DNA from: an uncultured Desulfospira sp.
Lineage (GTDB): Bacteria > Desulfobacterota > Desulfobacteria > Desulfobacterales > Desulfobacteraceae
Reading direction: 5' to 3'
Length of the DNA stretch: 64,000 nucleotides
Assembly (NCBI GenBank): GCA_963663165.1
Contig: OY760175.1
Coordinates: forward strand, 4,608,001-4,672,000
Positions 47,988-60,090 of the stretch are shown in pieces (the first letter of the stretch is position 1; the number at the start of each line of letters is the position of its first letter). Position numbers and translations under genes: made by a program. Below the pieces are notes generated by a model that did no database searches, was not told the DNA's origin, and saw only the letters and a list, made by a program, of their open reading frames with translations.

Positions 47988-48254
47988 TTAAGTTCAAACA
48001 AGTCCGGGAAAAGTTACCAGGGATATGTGCTTTACATCCCGACACGGCTCAAGTTCGGCCTGATTTTATACCCCAATGGCATTAATAAGGCAAGGACAAA
48101 ATATCCTGGGTTATCCGGTCTGATTTTTTATAAGAAACTGGAGACAAGAAACAAGAGACAAGAGGGCGAAGCACCTGCGGTGCCCAATTTATAGTCTACC
48201 GTTGCTGGTATCTTCAGTTTCATTATTCGTTGTGGGCTTGTGCCCCATGGCAGA

Positions 48255-48347
48255 TATATGAAAGTCTCACTAACCTCTTAAGAAGACGTTCATTATTTGT
48301 TGTGGGCGGTTCTTGGTTGGATAACCAAGACGGCCCGTGGCCGTTAT
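48255..48347 (+). mobile_element. ~92-bp two-hairpin mini-element, copy C
   Basis: Matches copies A and B; its terminal GTTAT overlaps the TAA stop of the LysM gene. Confidence 0.8.
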
Positions 48348-50164
48348 TCGATGATCAGTTTCTGGCCCGGATAGATTTTGCTCCTTTTATTCAGCCGGTT
48401 CAAAGAAAGGAGCCGGTCCAGGCTCATGTTGTGTTTTTTTGCAATCAAAAAAGGACTGTCACCAGACTGGACCCGGTATGTTTCCTGCCCGGTTGAGTCT
48501 GGTTTTTGATCCCCGGAAGGAACTTCCAGAGACTGGCCGACGGTCAGGTTAGTGTTTTTCAGGCCGTTGGCGGCCATGATCTGCCGTGTGCTGGTAGAAA
48601 ACCGGTTGGCAATAAGCCAGAGGTTGTCTCCCTGTTTGACTTTATACTTAACGGTTTCGTCCGGCCGCCGGGTGGCGGTTGGTGCAGAAGAAACGGTTTG
48701 TCCCGTCCGATTGGGAATTTTAAGCAATTTTCCGGCAATGATGGTGTGTTTCCTGCCGATCCGGTTGGCCCGGGAAATGGCCTTGACAGAGGTATGATAC
48801 CGGTCGGCAATGCCGGACAGGGTTTCGCCTCTTCTGACCCGGTGATACACAAAGGCCGCGGGGGGGGAATAGTTAATGGTGTTTACTTTCTCCAGGCTGG
48901 CCATAAATTGAGTAGAATCGCCCTGAGGGATTTTAAGCGAATAGGGCTCAGCCGGCAGCAACTCGTATCTAAGTTCCGGGTTGAGATCTTTGAGCTGGGG
49001 CAGTGGAATGCCGGTTGCCTTTGCAATGTCTTTGAGCCTGAGTTGCCTGTTGATTTCAACTGTTTTGTAAGAAAGGGGTTCTAAAGGATTTTCAGCGCAG
49101 ATATCATAGGTCTCCAGATTGTTAATTATATGGAGGGTGGCCAGAAATCTGGGGACATACCGGGCGGTTTCCCTGGGAAGGCTCTGGTAGAGGTCCCAGA
49201 AGTTATCCAGGTAGTTTATTTTTTGATTTCGAATGAGCTTCAATACCCTGCCCTCGCCGCAATTGTAGGCTGCTAATGCAGTGGCCCAGTCTCCAAAAAG
49301 TTCATGGAGTTCTTTGAGGTAGGCAATGGCAGCTCTGGTGGATTTTACCGGATCCATGCGCTCGTCAATATAATAGTTGCGGGAAAGCCCGAATTTATAT
49401 CCGGTAGACGGAATGAACTGCCAGAGCCCTAAGGCCCGGGCAGGGGAAAGTGCTCTGATTTGAAAGCCGCTTTCAATAAGCGGCAGCCATGAAATTTCTT
49501 CGGGCAGCCCTGATTTTTTTAATTCACTGACAATCATGGGTCTGTATCGGGCGGACCGCTCAAGGGCCCTGATAAAAAACCCTTTTTCGGGGCCGGTCAG
49601 GCGCTTAATTTCATTGTTGACATGGGTGTTTAAGGTAACGGGTATTTCATTGTGAGGCCCGGTGGCAACGATTTGACGGGAGGCATAGATTTCAAGAATC
49701 CGTTTTGAAATTAAAAATCGGATATCTTCTTTTTGCTGAGTGATTTCGGGAGCAATTTCGGAATCTAGTTCTAAAATGAGGTAATAGGCATTGTCCAGGT
49801 TTGAAAGGGCCTCTTCAAGGTTGCCCTGCTCCCACATTTTCTGGGCATGGTTGCAGAGTTCAAGGGCCTTATCAATTTTATCCTGGTCAGGTCCCTGGCT
49901 AGCTTCCGGGGGGCTTGTCCGGGTCACACCGCCGGTATCAGAAGCCGTGGAGATAGAAATCTCACTTGTATTTTTTTCTAAATTTTTATTTTTTCTCGAA
50001 TGAAATAAAATGTTGCAATTATCGTTTGATTTTGAAGGGTTATCTAAGCTCGAGCTATCGCCATTGGTTGAGTCAACTGGTCCGGCAATTCTAGTCTGGG
50101 ATTGCTGGCATCCTGATATAAGTAACAGGATAATTGTCAAGATAGCCAGTTTTTTGAGTGCCAT
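48344..50164 (-). CDS. Lytic transglycosylase lipoprotein with LysM repeats (MltD-like)
   Basis: Lipobox LISGC; LPLIESGF, GLWQFI, AAYNCGEG, ETARYVP; three C-terminal LysM units. Confidence 0.93.
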   Translation of the reverse strand: MALKKLAILTIILLLISGCQQSQTRIAGPVDSTNGDSSSLDNPSKSNDNCNILFHSRKNKNLEKNTSEISISTASDTGGVTRTSPPEASQGPDQDKIDKALELCNHAQKMWEQGNLEEALSNLDNAYYLILELDSEIAPEITQQKEDIRFLISKRILEIYASRQIVATGPHNEIPVTLNTHVNNEIKRLTGPEKGFFIRALERSARYRPMIVSELKKSGLPEEISWLPLIESGFQIRALSPARALGLWQFIPSTGYKFGLSRNYYIDERMDPVKSTRAAIAYLKELHELFGDWATALAAYNCGEGRVLKLIRNQKINYLDNFWDLYQSLPRETARYVPRFLATLHIINNLETYDICAENPLEPLSYKTVEINRQLRLKDIAKATGIPLPQLKDLNPELRYELLPAEPYSLKIPQGDSTQFMASLEKVNTINYSPPAAFVYHRVRRGETLSGIADRYHTSVKAISRANRIGRKHTIIAGKLLKIPNRTGQTVSSAPTATRRPDETVKYKVKQGDNLWLIANRFSTSTRQIMAANGLKNTNLTVGQSLEVPSGDQKPDSTGQETYRVQSGDSPFLIAKKHNMSLDRLLSLNRLNKRSKIYPGQKLIIE

Positions 50165-50562
50165 CGAATTCTTTCTCCTTCAAGATAAAAAAGATAAATG
50201 ATCGGATTTTAAGTAATAATTAGTAGATTTGAACAAAGTTGTCAACAATATAGCTGATTTTTTTTTATTTGTTTGTATCAGGCGGTGAAAATTTGAATCT
50301 GGCAACAGAAAGGGCTTTTGGCTTTTTGGTGGATTCAATGGTGATGTCAACTAGATAAAAAAGAAATTTAATTGCTTGTAACCCGGGCGCAAATGGTGTA
50401 TACCCGCCCAAGTTGTTTTGGAGATTGGCCGGTTTCCGGGTAAGAACGGGGAATTCGGGGAAAATCTCGATAAAGTGAGATTTTTGGAGGGAATTTGGCA
50501 AATTCAGCTATTAAGATGGTAAAAATCTAATCTCTATATTGATTTTTGCCTGAAAATTATGC

Positions 50563-50591
50563 TTGATTAATGTAATTCACTCTGATATTAT
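50563..50591 (+). promoter_or_regulatory. sigma70-type promoter of the tRNA-tuf operon
   Basis: TTGATT-N17-TATTAT. Confidence 0.55.
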
Positions 50592-50635
50592 CTTTCGGTC
50601 TTTTTGTCGAGGTGTTTGTCCTCGATAGAAGATGA

Positions 50636-50711
50636 GCCGATATAGCTCAGTAGGTAGAGCATCTCACTTGTAATGAGAATGTCCTCCGTTCGATTCGGGG
50701 TATCGGCTCCA
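50636..50711 (+). tRNA. tRNA-Thr(TGT)
   Basis: Cloverleaf, anticodon loop CTTGTAA, CCA end. Confidence 0.96.
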
Positions 50712-50722
50712 AAAAAAGTTGA

Positions 50723-50807
50723 GGTGGGGTTCCCGAGTGGTCAAAGGGATCAGACTGTAAATCTGACGGCTCAGCCTTCGGAGGTTCAAATCCTCCCCCC
50801 ACCACCA
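50723..50807 (+). tRNA. tRNA-Tyr(GTA)
   Basis: Anticodon loop CTGTAAA, long variable arm, CCA end. Confidence 0.96.
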
Positions 50808-50873
50808 AAATGTAGGAGATTAACACTGGTCGTACTACAGATTGGCTGAAAAGTCGATGAATTAAGTGTAAGT

Positions 50874-50949
50874 GCGGGAGTAGCTCAGTTGGTAGAGCTT
50901 CAGCCTTCCAAGCTGAATGTCGCGAGTTCGAACCTCGTCTCCCGCTCCA
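50874..50949 (+). tRNA. tRNA-Gly(TCC)
   Basis: Anticodon loop CTTCCAA, CCA end. Confidence 0.96.
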
Positions 50950-51010
50950 GCCAGAGAATCTTCACATTGAAAATAAGACTTTATTATATTAATTTGGATT
51001 GCCTTTCAGT

Positions 51011-51087
51011 GCCCATGTAGCTCAGTCGGTAGAGCGCTTCCTTGGTAAGGAAGAGGTTCACCAGTTCGATTCTGGTCATGGGCTCCA
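51011..51087 (+). tRNA. tRNA-Thr(GGT)
   Basis: Anticodon loop TTGGTAA, CCA end. Confidence 0.96.
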
Positions 51088-51110
51088 CTTAACGGCAGGA
51101 GGATTAAAAA

Positions 51111-52304
51111 ATGGCCAAGGAGAAATTTGAGCGGACTAAACCGCATGTCAACATAGGAACGATTGGTCATATCGACCATGGGAAGACGACGCTTACCGCA
51201 GCAATCACAAAGCTTGCCGGGATGAAGGGTCACGCCGATTATGTTCCTTTTGACGAGATCGACAAGGCGCCTGAAGAAAGAGAACGTGGTATAACCATTG
51301 CAACGGCTCATGTTGAATACGAGACCGATGCGCGTCACTATGCCCATGTGGATTGCCCGGGCCATGCCGACTACATTAAGAATATGATCACCGGTGCCGC
51401 TCAGATGGACGGTGCGATCCTGGTGGTCAGTGCTGATGACGGCCCCATGCCCCAGACCCGCGAACACATTCTTCTTGCCCGTCAGGTTGGTGTGCCCAAG
51501 ATCGTTGTTTTCTTGAACAAGTGCGATATGGTGGATGACGAGGAACTCATCGAACTGGTGGAAATGGAACTTCAGGAACTGCTGGACAGCTATGAATTCC
51601 CCGGAGATGAAACCCCGATAATCAGAGGATCCGCCCTTAAAGCCCTGGAAACAGAAGACGTAGACAGTGATGAAGCCAAGCCTATTTTCGAGCTTTTGGA
51701 CACACTGGACAGCTACGTTCCGGAGCCTGAAAGAGATACCGCCAAACCCTTCCTGATGCCCATCGAAGACGTGTTCTCCATTTCCGGCCGTGGTACGGTT
51801 GTTACCGGCAGGATTGAGAGAGGGATCATCAAGACCGGTGAGGAAATCGAAATTGTTGGTATCCGTGACACCGCCAAAACCGTCTGCACCGGCGTTGAGA
51901 TGTTCAGAAAACTGCTGGATGAAGGCCAGGCCGGAGACAATGTGGGATTGCTGCTTCGCGGCACCAAGCGGGACCAGGTGGAAAGAGGCCAGGTAGTATC
52001 CAAACCGGGGACCATTACCCCCCATACCAAGTTCAAAGCCGAGATGTATGCCTTGAGCAAGGAAGAAGGCGGGCGTCATACCCCGTTCTTTACCGGCTAC
52101 CGTCCCCAGTTCTTTTTTAGAACTACGGATATTACAGGGGTTCTGACCCTTGAAGAGGGCGTTGAAATGATCATGCCCGGTGATAATGCAACCATCAATG
52201 TTGAGCTGATCAACCCCATTGCCATGGAAAAAGAACTTCGCTTTGCCATAAGGGAAGGTGGACGGACTGTTGGCGCCGGTGTTATCGGTGAAATTGTTGA
52301 ATAA
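51111..52304 (+). CDS. tuf: Elongation factor Tu
   Basis: [26 protein letters not shown]. Confidence 0.99.
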   Translation: MAKEKFERTKPHVNIGTIGHIDHGKTTLTAAITKLAGMKGHADYVPFDEIDKAPEERERGITIATAHVEYETDARHYAHVDCPGHADYIKNMITGAAQMDGAILVVSADDGPMPQTREHILLARQVGVPKIVVFLNKCDMVDDEELIELVEMELQELLDSYEFPGDETPIIRGSALKALETEDVDSDEAKPIFELLDTLDSYVPEPERDTAKPFLMPIEDVFSISGRGTVVTGRIERGIIKTGEEIEIVGIRDTAKTVCTGVEMFRKLLDEGQAGDNVGLLLRGTKRDQVERGQVVSKPGTITPHTKFKAEMYALSKEEGGRHTPFFTGYRPQFFFRTTDITGVLTLEEGVEMIMPGDNATINVELINPIAMEKELRFAIREGGRTVGAGVIGEIVE

Positions 52305-52321
52305 ATTTTAGGGGACATACA

Positions 52322-52480
52322 GTGGATAGAGTTCTTGTTGCCCTTGCCTGTACTGAATGCAAGCGAAAAAATTATACCACCACAAAGAACAAGCGTAAAA
52401 CTCCGGATAAGATTGAGTTTAAGAAATACTGCAAGTTCTGTAACAGGCATGTGATTCATAAGGAAACAAAAATTAAATAG
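52322..52480 (+). CDS. rpmG: 50S ribosomal protein L33 (Zn-binding type)
   Basis: GTG start; [52 protein letters not shown]. Confidence 0.95.
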   Translation: MDRVLVALACTECKRKNYTTTKNKRKTPDKIEFKKYCKFCNRHVIHKETKIK

Positions 52481-52493
52481 CTTAAGCCCATGC

Positions 52494-52570
52494 AGGTCAG
52501 TAGCTCTAATTGGCAGAGCTCCGGACTCCAAATCCGGATGTTGGGGGTTCGAATCCCTCCTGACCTGCCA
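52494..52570 (+). tRNA. tRNA-Trp(CCA)
   Basis: Anticodon loop CTCCAAA, CCA end. Confidence 0.96.
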
Positions 52571-52628
52571 TATTTTAAACCGCCGGTCCCAGGTATTGGC
52601 CTGAACCGGCGGTAACTCTGGGAGTATT

Positions 52629-52991
52629 ATGTCACGCATACAGAAAAAGAAGGATTTCAGGGAAAAGAAAAAGAAGAAAACAGACCTTGAATCCGAAACG
52701 GACGGGACTGTCCGGTCAAGTGGGGCAAAATCATCGGTGTCCCCTGCAGTTGCAGCGGTTAAGAAAGAAAAAGCCGTTATAGAGCAGAAACCAGGCGAAC
52801 CCAACATCTTCCAGAGAGGAATGGAGTTCTTAAGAGAAGCTAAAATTGAACTGAAAAAGGTGACCTGGCCCACACGAAAGCAGACTACCGGAACGACCAT
52901 TGTCGTTATTATTTTTGTGTTTGTTGTTGCAGCCTTTCTTGGACTTTTTGATTACAGCCTTTCAAAGCTGGTTCAGGTTGTCCTTACATAA
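52629..52991 (+). CDS. secE: Preprotein translocase SecE
   Basis: FLREAKIELKKVTWPTR plus a TM helix; synteny. Confidence 0.95.
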   Translation: MSRIQKKKDFREKKKKKTDLESETDGTVRSSGAKSSVSPAVAAVKKEKAVIEQKPGEPNIFQRGMEFLREAKIELKKVTWPTRKQTTGTTIVVIIFVFVVAAFLGLFDYSLSKLVQVVLT

Positions 52992-53009
52992 ATAAAATAA
53001 GGTAGTAAC

Positions 53010-53540
53010 ATGTCTCTAAAATGGTATGTGGTTCACGTATATTCAGGCCACGAGCAAAAGGTGAAAACCGCGCTTGAAGAAAAGATTGATGCCTCAAAAC
53101 ATCCGGAAAAGTTCGGTGAGATCCTGATTCCCACTGAAAACGTCGTGGAGTTGGTTGGTGGGAAAAAACGTGAATCTTCAAGAAAGTTTTATCCGGGTTA
53201 TATTCTGGTCAGAATGTACCTGGACAACGAGACATGGCACATTGTCAGTTCGACCCCTAAGGTGACTGGATTTCTCGGGGGAAAAAATAAGCCGGCGCCC
53301 ATCAGTGATAAAGAGGCCCAGGCCATTGTTGATAAAATGCAGACGGGGAAAAACAAACCCCAGCCCAAATACTTCTTTGAGCCCGGTGACGATATCAGGG
53401 TCATAGACGGGCCGTTCTCCAATTTTAACGGAACAGTGGAGGAAGTCTCTCCGGACAAGGAGAAAATAAAGGTGTTGGTCAGTATTTTCGGCAGGGCAAC
53501 TCCGGTGGAATTGAACTTCATACAGGTGACCAAAATTTAA
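53010..53540 (+). CDS. nusG: Transcription factor NusG
   Basis: WYVVHVYSG, YPGYILV, DGPF, SIFGRATPVEL. Confidence 0.98.
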   Translation: MSLKWYVVHVYSGHEQKVKTALEEKIDASKHPEKFGEILIPTENVVELVGGKKRESSRKFYPGYILVRMYLDNETWHIVSSTPKVTGFLGGKNKPAPISDKEAQAIVDKMQTGKNKPQPKYFFEPGDDIRVIDGPFSNFNGTVEEVSPDKEKIKVLVSIFGRATPVELNFIQVTKI

Positions 53541-53561
53541 AGAGTTTCAGGAGTATTTAAA

Positions 53562-53984
53562 ATGGCAAAAAAAGTAATGACGCAAATAAAGCTTCAGGTA
53601 GAAGCCGGAAAGGCCAATCCTTCACCTCCCATCGGACCGGCCCTGGGTCAGCATGGCGTCAACATAATGGATTTTTGCAAGGCGTTTAATGCGAAAACGG
53701 CCAATGATGCAGGATCAATTATTCCGGTTGTAATCACGGTTTATCAGGATAGATCCTTTAGCTTCATAACCAAGACGCCGCCTGCATCCAGACTGCTGCT
53801 GGCCGCAGCCAAAATATCAAAGGGTTCCGGAGTGCCCAATCGGGACAAAGTCGGCAAGGTAACCCATGCCCAACTGGTTGAAATCGCTGAAACCAAAAAA
53901 GAGGATCTGAATGCCTCGGATATAGATGCGGCTGTAAAAATTATTGCAGGCACAGCAAGAAGTATGGGGATCGAAGTCGTTTAA
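53562..53984 (+). CDS. rplK: 50S ribosomal protein L11
   Basis: [15 protein letters not shown]. Confidence 0.99.
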   Translation: MAKKVMTQIKLQVEAGKANPSPPIGPALGQHGVNIMDFCKAFNAKTANDAGSIIPVVITVYQDRSFSFITKTPPASRLLLAAAKISKGSGVPNRDKVGKVTHAQLVEIAETKKEDLNASDIDAAVKIIAGTARSMGIEVV

Positions 53985-54010
53985 CCTTTAAGTCGAAGAG
54001 TGATGGAAAA

Positions 54011-54703
54011 ATGCCTAAGCGAGGTAAAAAACACATAGACGCATTGAAGAAAGTGGACAGAACTGTGCAATATGATCCTAAAGAGGCCATGGATCTGACC
54101 GTTTCTTCAAGTCACGCAAAATTTGATGAGACCGTTGATATTGCTGTCAGGCTTGGTGTGGATCCAAGACATGCAGATCAGATGGTCCGCGGCACAGTAG
54201 TTCTGCCCAATGGTTTGGGCAAGGAAGTAAAAATCCTTGTTTTTGCCAAGGGGGAAAAAGAAAAAGAAGCCCTTGATGCAGGAGCTGATTTCATTGCCAC
54301 TGATGATGTCGTTGAAAAGATAAAAGACGGCTGGTTCGGGTTCGACAAGGCCATTGCAACGCCTGACATGATGGGAACCGTTGGTAAACTTGGCCGGATT
54401 TTAGGCCCCCGGGGGCTGATGCCCAACGCAAAAACCGGCACGGTGACCTTTGAAATTGAAAAGGCGATCAATGAGCTTAAAGCCGGAAAGATCGATTTCA
54501 GAGTTGAGAAAGCCGGTATTGTTCATGTTCCTGTTGGTAAAGTATCATTCGGTCCTGAAAAACTGCTTGAAAACGCCAAAGCGTTTCTGGATAAGCTGAT
54601 TGCCTTAAAACCGGCTGCCAGCAAGGGAACCTACTTGAAATCCATCAGCGTCTCATCAACCATGGGGCCTGGCATTAAAGTTGATCCCCTTTTAATTAAA
54701 TAA
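54011..54703 (+). CDS. rplA: 50S ribosomal protein L1
   Basis: [22 protein letters not shown]. Confidence 0.99.
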   Translation: MPKRGKKHIDALKKVDRTVQYDPKEAMDLTVSSSHAKFDETVDIAVRLGVDPRHADQMVRGTVVLPNGLGKEVKILVFAKGEKEKEALDAGADFIATDDVVEKIKDGWFGFDKAIATPDMMGTVGKLGRILGPRGLMPNAKTGTVTFEIEKAINELKAGKIDFRVEKAGIVHVPVGKVSFGPEKLLENAKAFLDKLIALKPAASKGTYLKSISVSSTMGPGIKVDPLLIK

Positions 54704-54716
54704 AGTTAAGAAAAAC

Positions 54717-54781
54717 CTGTCCTAGACAGTAGGTGCGCCGGGAACGGCGCATAATCGGAATGGCCGGCCTGCCGAGACAGA
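54717..54781 (+). promoter_or_regulatory. L10 leader (autogenous ribosomal-protein regulatory RNA)
   Basis: CTGTC-C-TAGACAGTAGG...TAAT...CCTGCCGAGACAG upstream of rplJ. Confidence 0.75.
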
Positions 54782-54851
54782 AAAACCATTTTGTTTTGGT
54801 CTAGTTGGCACCTTCCTGTAAGATTCAATTAAGAAAGGAGGTGTAATTAAA

Positions 54852-55376
54852 TTGCTTAATATTTCCCAGAAAAAAGAACTGGTAGAAAGACTCGCCCAGC
54901 AGCTTGCTGAAACCGAGATTTCAATCCTGGTTGATTACAAAGGCCTGGATGTTCTGGAAGTGACCGAGCTTCGCGCCAAGCTTCGCGAAGCCGGCGCCGG
55001 TATGGAAGTGGTTAAAAACACGCTTCTGAACCTGGCTTCCAAAGATACTGACTCTGCCGTGTTGGCTGATTTTTTCACCGGTCCCAATGCCATCATCACG
55101 GCAGCCACTGATCCGGTATCTCCGGCCAAGATTCTGACCGATTTTGCCAAAGCTCACGAGAAGCTGGAGATCAAGGCAGCCGCTTTAAGCGGTAAGCTTT
55201 TAACTCCGGAAGAAATCCAGCAGTTGGCCAAAATGCCGTCCAAGGAAGAACTGCTCGCCAAACTGGTCTACACACTCAATGCTGTGCCCACATCCCTGGT
55301 CAATGTTCTTTCAGGTGTTCCCAGATCTTTTGTCAATGTGCTTAGCGCTGTAAAAGATCAGAAAGAAGCGGCTTAA
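54852..55376 (+). CDS. rplJ: 50S ribosomal protein L10
   Basis: [30 protein letters not shown] start after AGGAGG. Confidence 0.97.
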   Translation: MLNISQKKELVERLAQQLAETEISILVDYKGLDVLEVTELRAKLREAGAGMEVVKNTLLNLASKDTDSAVLADFFTGPNAIITAATDPVSPAKILTDFAKAHEKLEIKAAALSGKLLTPEEIQQLAKMPSKEELLAKLVYTLNAVPTSLVNVLSGVPRSFVNVLSAVKDQKEAA

Positions 55377-55446
55377 ATCGCCAATTTACATTTATTTAAA
55401 CTATTGTAATCAATACCCTTTTTATATTTATTTGAGGAGACTAAAA

Positions 55447-55839
55447 ATGGCCGATATCACAAAAGATGATGTTATTGAATTTATATCTAATATGAGCGTT
55501 CTTGAACTCTCAGAACTGGTTAAAGAATTTGAAGACAAATTCGGCGTCAGTGCCGCAGCCCCTGTTGCAATGGCTGCCGGCCCCATGGTTGCCGGCGGTG
55601 CCGATGCCGGTGCCGCTGCTGAAGAACAGACCGAGTTTGATGTTATTCTTGAGACCATTGGTGATAAGAAAATCAATGTTATCAAGGAAGTCCGGGCCAT
55701 TACCGGACTTGGCTTGAAAGAAGCCAAAGCCCTGGTTGAAGAAGCGCCTAAGGCTGTGAAGGAAGGTGTGTCCAAAGAAGAGGCAGACAAAATCAAAGAA
55801 CAGCTTGAAGGAGCCGGAGCACAGGTTTCTGTAAAGTAA
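55447..55839 (+). CDS. rplL: 50S ribosomal protein L7/L12
   Basis: [26 protein letters not shown]. Confidence 0.98.
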   Translation: MADITKDDVIEFISNMSVLELSELVKEFEDKFGVSAAAPVAMAAGPMVAGGADAGAAAEEQTEFDVILETIGDKKINVIKEVRAITGLGLKEAKALVEEAPKAVKEGVSKEEADKIKEQLEGAGAQVSVK

Positions 55840-55951
55840 TGAAATATCAGTAAAAATTAATGTTCATCGTTAAGATGGACAATGTGCGGAGGCAAGGCAA
55901 TGGGCCGTGTCTCCGCTTTTACGGTTGGAAAAACTCACATTGGGAGATATT

Positions 55952-58900
55952 ATGACCGGAAGTCTGTTGACAATTATCCGACATCGAAAAGAGTTTGGCA
56001 GCAAACGGAAAATCATTGATATTCCGGACCTTATCGGTATGCAGCGAAACTCCTTTGAAAGTTTTCTTCAAATGGATGTTGAGCCCCAGGACCGGGAGGA
56101 CAAGGGGTTGCATTCCGTGTTTAAATCGGTTTTCCCCATCAAGGATTTTACCGATACCTCCTCTTTGGAATATGTGTCATATTCTTTTGGAGAGACCAAA
56201 CATTCTGTTAAAGAGTGTATCAGCCGGGGGATGACCTATGATATCCCGGTGAACATCCGGGTACGGCTCGTGGTTTACGATCAGGATAAAGAGACGGAAA
56301 CCTCCACCATTCGTGATATCAAAGAACAAGAAATTTATTTTGGCACTATCCCTTTGATGACCCGCCGGGGGACCTTTATCATCAATGGAACGGAAAGGGC
56401 TGTGGTCAGCCAGCTTCACAGGTCTTCGGGTGTTTTCTTTGATCATGACAAAGGCAAGAATTACTCCACAGGAAAGATCATCTACAACGCCAGGATCATT
56501 CCGGTTCGCGGGTCCTGGATTGATATGGAAATTGATGCAAAGGATATTGTCAATATCCGGATTGACAGGCGGCGCAAATTTCCAGTCTCTATTTTGTTTA
56601 AGGCGTTCGGGTATACCAGCGAGGATATCCTTGATTTCTTTTATACCAAAGAAAGGATAACAAATAAGCAAGGCTCGTTTTTTAAAGAGTTTATTCCCGA
56701 GAATCTGGTTCGCCAGAGGGCAGGATTTGATGTGGCATCTCCTGAAACAGGAGAGATCCTGGTCAAACAGGGAAGAATTTTTACAAAACGGGCCTTAAAG
56801 CAGCTCAAGGATGAGGGCCTCGACTATATCCCTATCACTGAATCCGAACTGATAGGCAAAGCCTTTGCCCACGATTATGTTGATGAGGAAACCGGTGACC
56901 TCCTGTTTAAAGCCGGTGACCTGATTGCCGAAGACAGTTTTGAGAAACTGGAAGCCCATCACCTGGATGACTTTCATATCCTGTACGTGGATGCCAGAAG
57001 TTCCGATTCCATGCGCAAGACATTGGTATCCGACAAAACAGAAACCAAAGAAGAGGCGCTGATGGACATTTACCGGCGCCTGCGGCCCGGTAACCCGGCG
57101 ACAGTGGAAGTTGCCCAGGAATTTATTGACCACCTGTTTTTCAGACAGGCCTACTACGACTTGTCCAAGGTTGGCCGGTTGAAAATGAATCATCGCCTTG
57201 GGGTGAACACCAAAATTGACGTGAAGACCTTACGCAGAGAAGATGTCCTGCTGACGGCCAATACCCTGATAGAGCTTAAAGACACCCAAGGACAGGTGGA
57301 TGATATCGACCATCTCGGGAACCGGCGAGTTCGTGCGGTTGGGGAACTTCTGGAAAATCATTACCGAATCGGGCTGGTGAGAATGGAACGGGCCATCAAG
57401 GAAAAGATGAGCATGCAGGAAGTCGATGCCATGATGCCCCATGACCTGATCAACCCTAAGCCGGTTTCTGCGGTGGTCAGAGAATTTTTCGGGACCTCCC
57501 AGCTTTCCCAGTTCATGGATCAGACCAACCCCCTGTCTGAAACTACCCATAAAAGAAGGCTGTCTGCCTTGGGACCCGGAGGGTTGACCCGGGAACGGGC
57601 CGGATTTGAGGTCAGGGACGTCCATCCGTCCCACTATGGCAGAATTTGCCCCATCGAAACCCCTGAAGGGCCCAACATTGGACTGATCGTGTCCTTGTGT
57701 ACCTATGCCAGGGTCAATGATTTCGGGTTTATCGAGACCCCCTTCAGGATTGCCCAGGACGGAAACGCCAGCAAAGAGATTACCCATTTAAGCGCTTTTG
57801 AAGAAAAAAGCCATCCCATTGCCCAGGCCAATGCCCCTCTTGATTCCGATGGAAATTTCGTTAATCCCCTGGTTTCTGCCCGGGTGGCCGGCGAATTTGA
57901 AATGGTTGAAAATGAGAACATTAAATTTATGGACGTTTCTCCCAATCAGCTGGTTTCAGTTTCCGCCTCTTTGATTCCTTTTCTGGAGAATGACGACGCC
58001 AACCGGGCTCTCATGGGATCAAACATGCAGCGCCAGGCTGTTCCGCTGATCCGCAGCGAAGCCCCCCTGGTGGGCACTGGTATGGAAAGTGTTGTGGCAA
58101 GGGATTCCGGGGTTACCATTGTGGCCGATTATGACGGTATCGTGGTGGATGTGGACTCCAAACGGATTGTGGTCAGAAATGATGACAAGGCCGAGGGATC
58201 ATTTGCAAAAGCCGTGTCTATCTACAATTGTACCAAATTTGTCAGGTCCAACCAGAACACCTGTTTTAACCACAGGCCCATTGTTCAGGTCGGAGACCAG
58301 GTTAAACAAGGACAGGTCATTGCAGACGGCCCTTCAACGGAAATGGGCGAGCTTGCCCTTGGCAAGAATGTCACCGTGGCGTTCATGCCCTGGGATGGAT
58401 ACAACTATGAGGATTCCATTCTGGTCAGTGAACGGCTGGTTAAGGATGGGGTATACACGTCCGTCCATGTGGAAGAATTTGAGGTCCTGGCCCGGGATAC
58501 CAAGCTGGGCAAGGAAGAGATCACCCGAGACATCCCCAATGTCGGCGAAGAAGCACTCAAAAATCTGGATGAAAGCGGTATTATCCGGCTGGGCGCAGAG
58601 GTAAAGCCTGGGGATATTCTGGTGGGGAAAATCACTCCCAAAGGTGAAACCCAGCTGTCCCCTGAAGAAAAACTGCTGCGGGCCATTTTCGGTGAAAAGG
58701 CCGGCGACGTGAAAGACACCTCTCTGTGCGTTCCGCCGGGGGTCAACGGCAAGGTGATTGATGCCAAGGTTTTCTCCAGGCGGGGCCTCGCCAAGGATGA
58801 CCGGACCCGTCAGATCGAAGATGAGGAAATTGAACGGTTTGAAAAAGACCGGGATGATGAAATTAAGATTATTTCCCAGGTTGCCCGGGAAAAGGTGGAA

Positions 58901-60079
58901 TCCATTGCCGCCGGCCAGGCCGTTCTTTCCGAGTTGGAGAAAAACGGGAAAGTGGTTCTGAAAAAGGGCCATATTATCCAGGCATCAAGCCTTGAAAAAA
59001 TTCCGGTATCTGTTCTGGTAAATATAGCCCTGGAAGATCCGGTCATAACCGAGCGGGCCCAGGTAACCCTTGAACAGGCCCAGGAGCAAATTAAAAAGGC
59101 AAGAGAGCATTTTAACCGCCAGGTATCCCGGTTTGAAAAGGGAGATGACCTGCCGCCGGGCGTCCTCAAGCTCATCAAGATCAGTGTGGCCATGGAAAGG
59201 GTGCTTTCCGTGGGAGATAAAATGGCCGGCCGTCACGGAAATAAAGGGGTTGTGTCCAGAATATTGAGAACCGAAGACCTGCCTTACTTTGCCGACGGCC
59301 GCCCCGTTGACATGGTGCTCAATCCCTTAGGGGTTCCTTCCCGGATGAATGTCGGTCAGATTCTGGAGATTCATCTTGGGGCGGCAGCCCATAATCTGGG
59401 CCAGCAGATTGATGACCTGCTTGACGAAATGAAACTGGACCAGCTCAGGGAAAAGGTAAAAAGCATATTTACCCTTACCAAAAAACAGCGTGTTGACGGG
59501 ATTGAAGACGCCCTGGGAGACCGGATCGACCAGATGTCGGAACAGGAACTCATTGAATTTTCAGCATTATACCGAAACGGTGTCCATACCGCCACCCCGG
59601 TGTTTGACGGTGCCACGGAAGAAGAAATAAAAGATTTGCTCGAAGAGTCGGGAACTGATCGTTCCGGGCAGTCCATTTTGTATGACGGAAGAACCGGCGA
59701 GCCTTTTGATAAACCCGTTACCGTCGGGACCATGTACATGCTCAAACTTCACCATCTGGTGGATGACAAACTCCATGCCAGATCCATCGGCCCCTACTCT
59801 CTGGTTACTCAGCAGCCCCTTGGCGGCAAGGCTCAGTTCGGCGGCCAGAGGCTGGGAGAAATGGAAGTCTGGGCCATGGAAGCATACGGGGCCGCCCACG
59901 CACTCCAGGAATTTTTAACGGTAAAATCCGATGACATGACCGGAAGAACCCGGATGTATGAAAAAATTGTTAAAGGCCAGAATGTTCTGGAGCCTGGGAT
60001 GCCTGAGTCCTTCAGGGTATTGATGAAGGAACTCAACAGTCTGGGATTGGATATGAAACTGATTGAAGGCGATAAATAA
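55952..60079 (+). CDS. rpoB: RNA polymerase beta subunit
   Basis: [39 protein letters not shown] 55952 after GGAG. Confidence 0.99.
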   Translation: MTGSLLTIIRHRKEFGSKRKIIDIPDLIGMQRNSFESFLQMDVEPQDREDKGLHSVFKSVFPIKDFTDTSSLEYVSYSFGETKHSVKECISRGMTYDIPVNIRVRLVVYDQDKETETSTIRDIKEQEIYFGTIPLMTRRGTFIINGTERAVVSQLHRSSGVFFDHDKGKNYSTGKIIYNARIIPVRGSWIDMEIDAKDIVNIRIDRRRKFPVSILFKAFGYTSEDILDFFYTKERITNKQGSFFKEFIPENLVRQRAGFDVASPETGEILVKQGRIFTKRALKQLKDEGLDYIPITESELIGKAFAHDYVDEETGDLLFKAGDLIAEDSFEKLEAHHLDDFHILYVDARSSDSMRKTLVSDKTETKEEALMDIYRRLRPGNPATVEVAQEFIDHLFFRQAYYDLSKVGRLKMNHRLGVNTKIDVKTLRREDVLLTANTLIELKDTQGQVDDIDHLGNRRVRAVGELLENHYRIGLVRMERAIKEKMSMQEVDAMMPHDLINPKPVSAVVREFFGTSQLSQFMDQTNPLSETTHKRRLSALGPGGLTRERAGFEVRDVHPSHYGRICPIETPEGPNIGLIVSLCTYARVNDFGFIETPFRIAQDGNASKEITHLSAFEEKSHPIAQANAPLDSDGNFVNPLVSARVAGEFEMVENENIKFMDVSPNQLVSVSASLIPFLENDDANRALMGSNMQRQAVPLIRSEAPLVGTGMESVVARDSGVTIVADYDGIVVDVDSKRIVVRNDDKAEGSFAKAVSIYNCTKFVRSNQNTCFNHRPIVQVGDQVKQGQVIADGPSTEMGELALGKNVTVAFMPWDGYNYEDSILVSERLVKDGVYTSVHVEEFEVLARDTKLGKEEITRDIPNVGEEALKNLDESGIIRLGAEVKPGDILVGKITPKGETQLSPEEKLLRAIFGEKAGDVKDTSLCVPPGVNGKVIDAKVFSRRGLAKDDRTRQIEDEEIERFEKDRDDEIKIISQVAREKVESIAAGQAVLSELEKNGKVVLKKGHIIQASSLEKIPVSVLVNIALEDPVITERAQVTLEQAQEQIKKAREHFNRQVSRFEKGDDLPPGVLKLIKISVAMERVLSVGDKMAGRHGNKGVVSRILRTEDLPYFADGRPVDMVLNPLGVPSRMNVGQILEIHLGAAAHNLGQQIDDLLDEMKLDQLREKVKSIFTLTKKQRVDGIEDALGDRIDQMSEQELIEFSALYRNGVHTATPVFDGATEEEIKDLLEESGTDRSGQSILYDGRTGEPFDKPVTVGTMYMLKLHHLVDDKLHARSIGPYSLVTQQPLGGKAQFGGQRLGEMEVWAMEAYGAAHALQEFLTVKSDDMTGRTRMYEKIVKGQNVLEPGMPESFRVLMKELNSLGLDMKLIEGDK

Positions 60080-60090
60080 GGAGAAGAATA

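Noticed and set aside
47913..48343. Prophage or island integrated at tRNA-Arg
   Set aside because: No integrase and no duplicated tRNA 3' end; flanking genes are housekeeping.
51006..52079. Long antisense ORFs (e.g. 357 aa opposite tuf, 319 aa opposite DAHP synthase, 29..505)
   Set aside because: Shadow ORFs of well-supported genes on the other strand.
52629..52800. Lys-rich N-terminal extension of SecE
   Set aside because: SecE N-termini are variable; no evidence of a special function.
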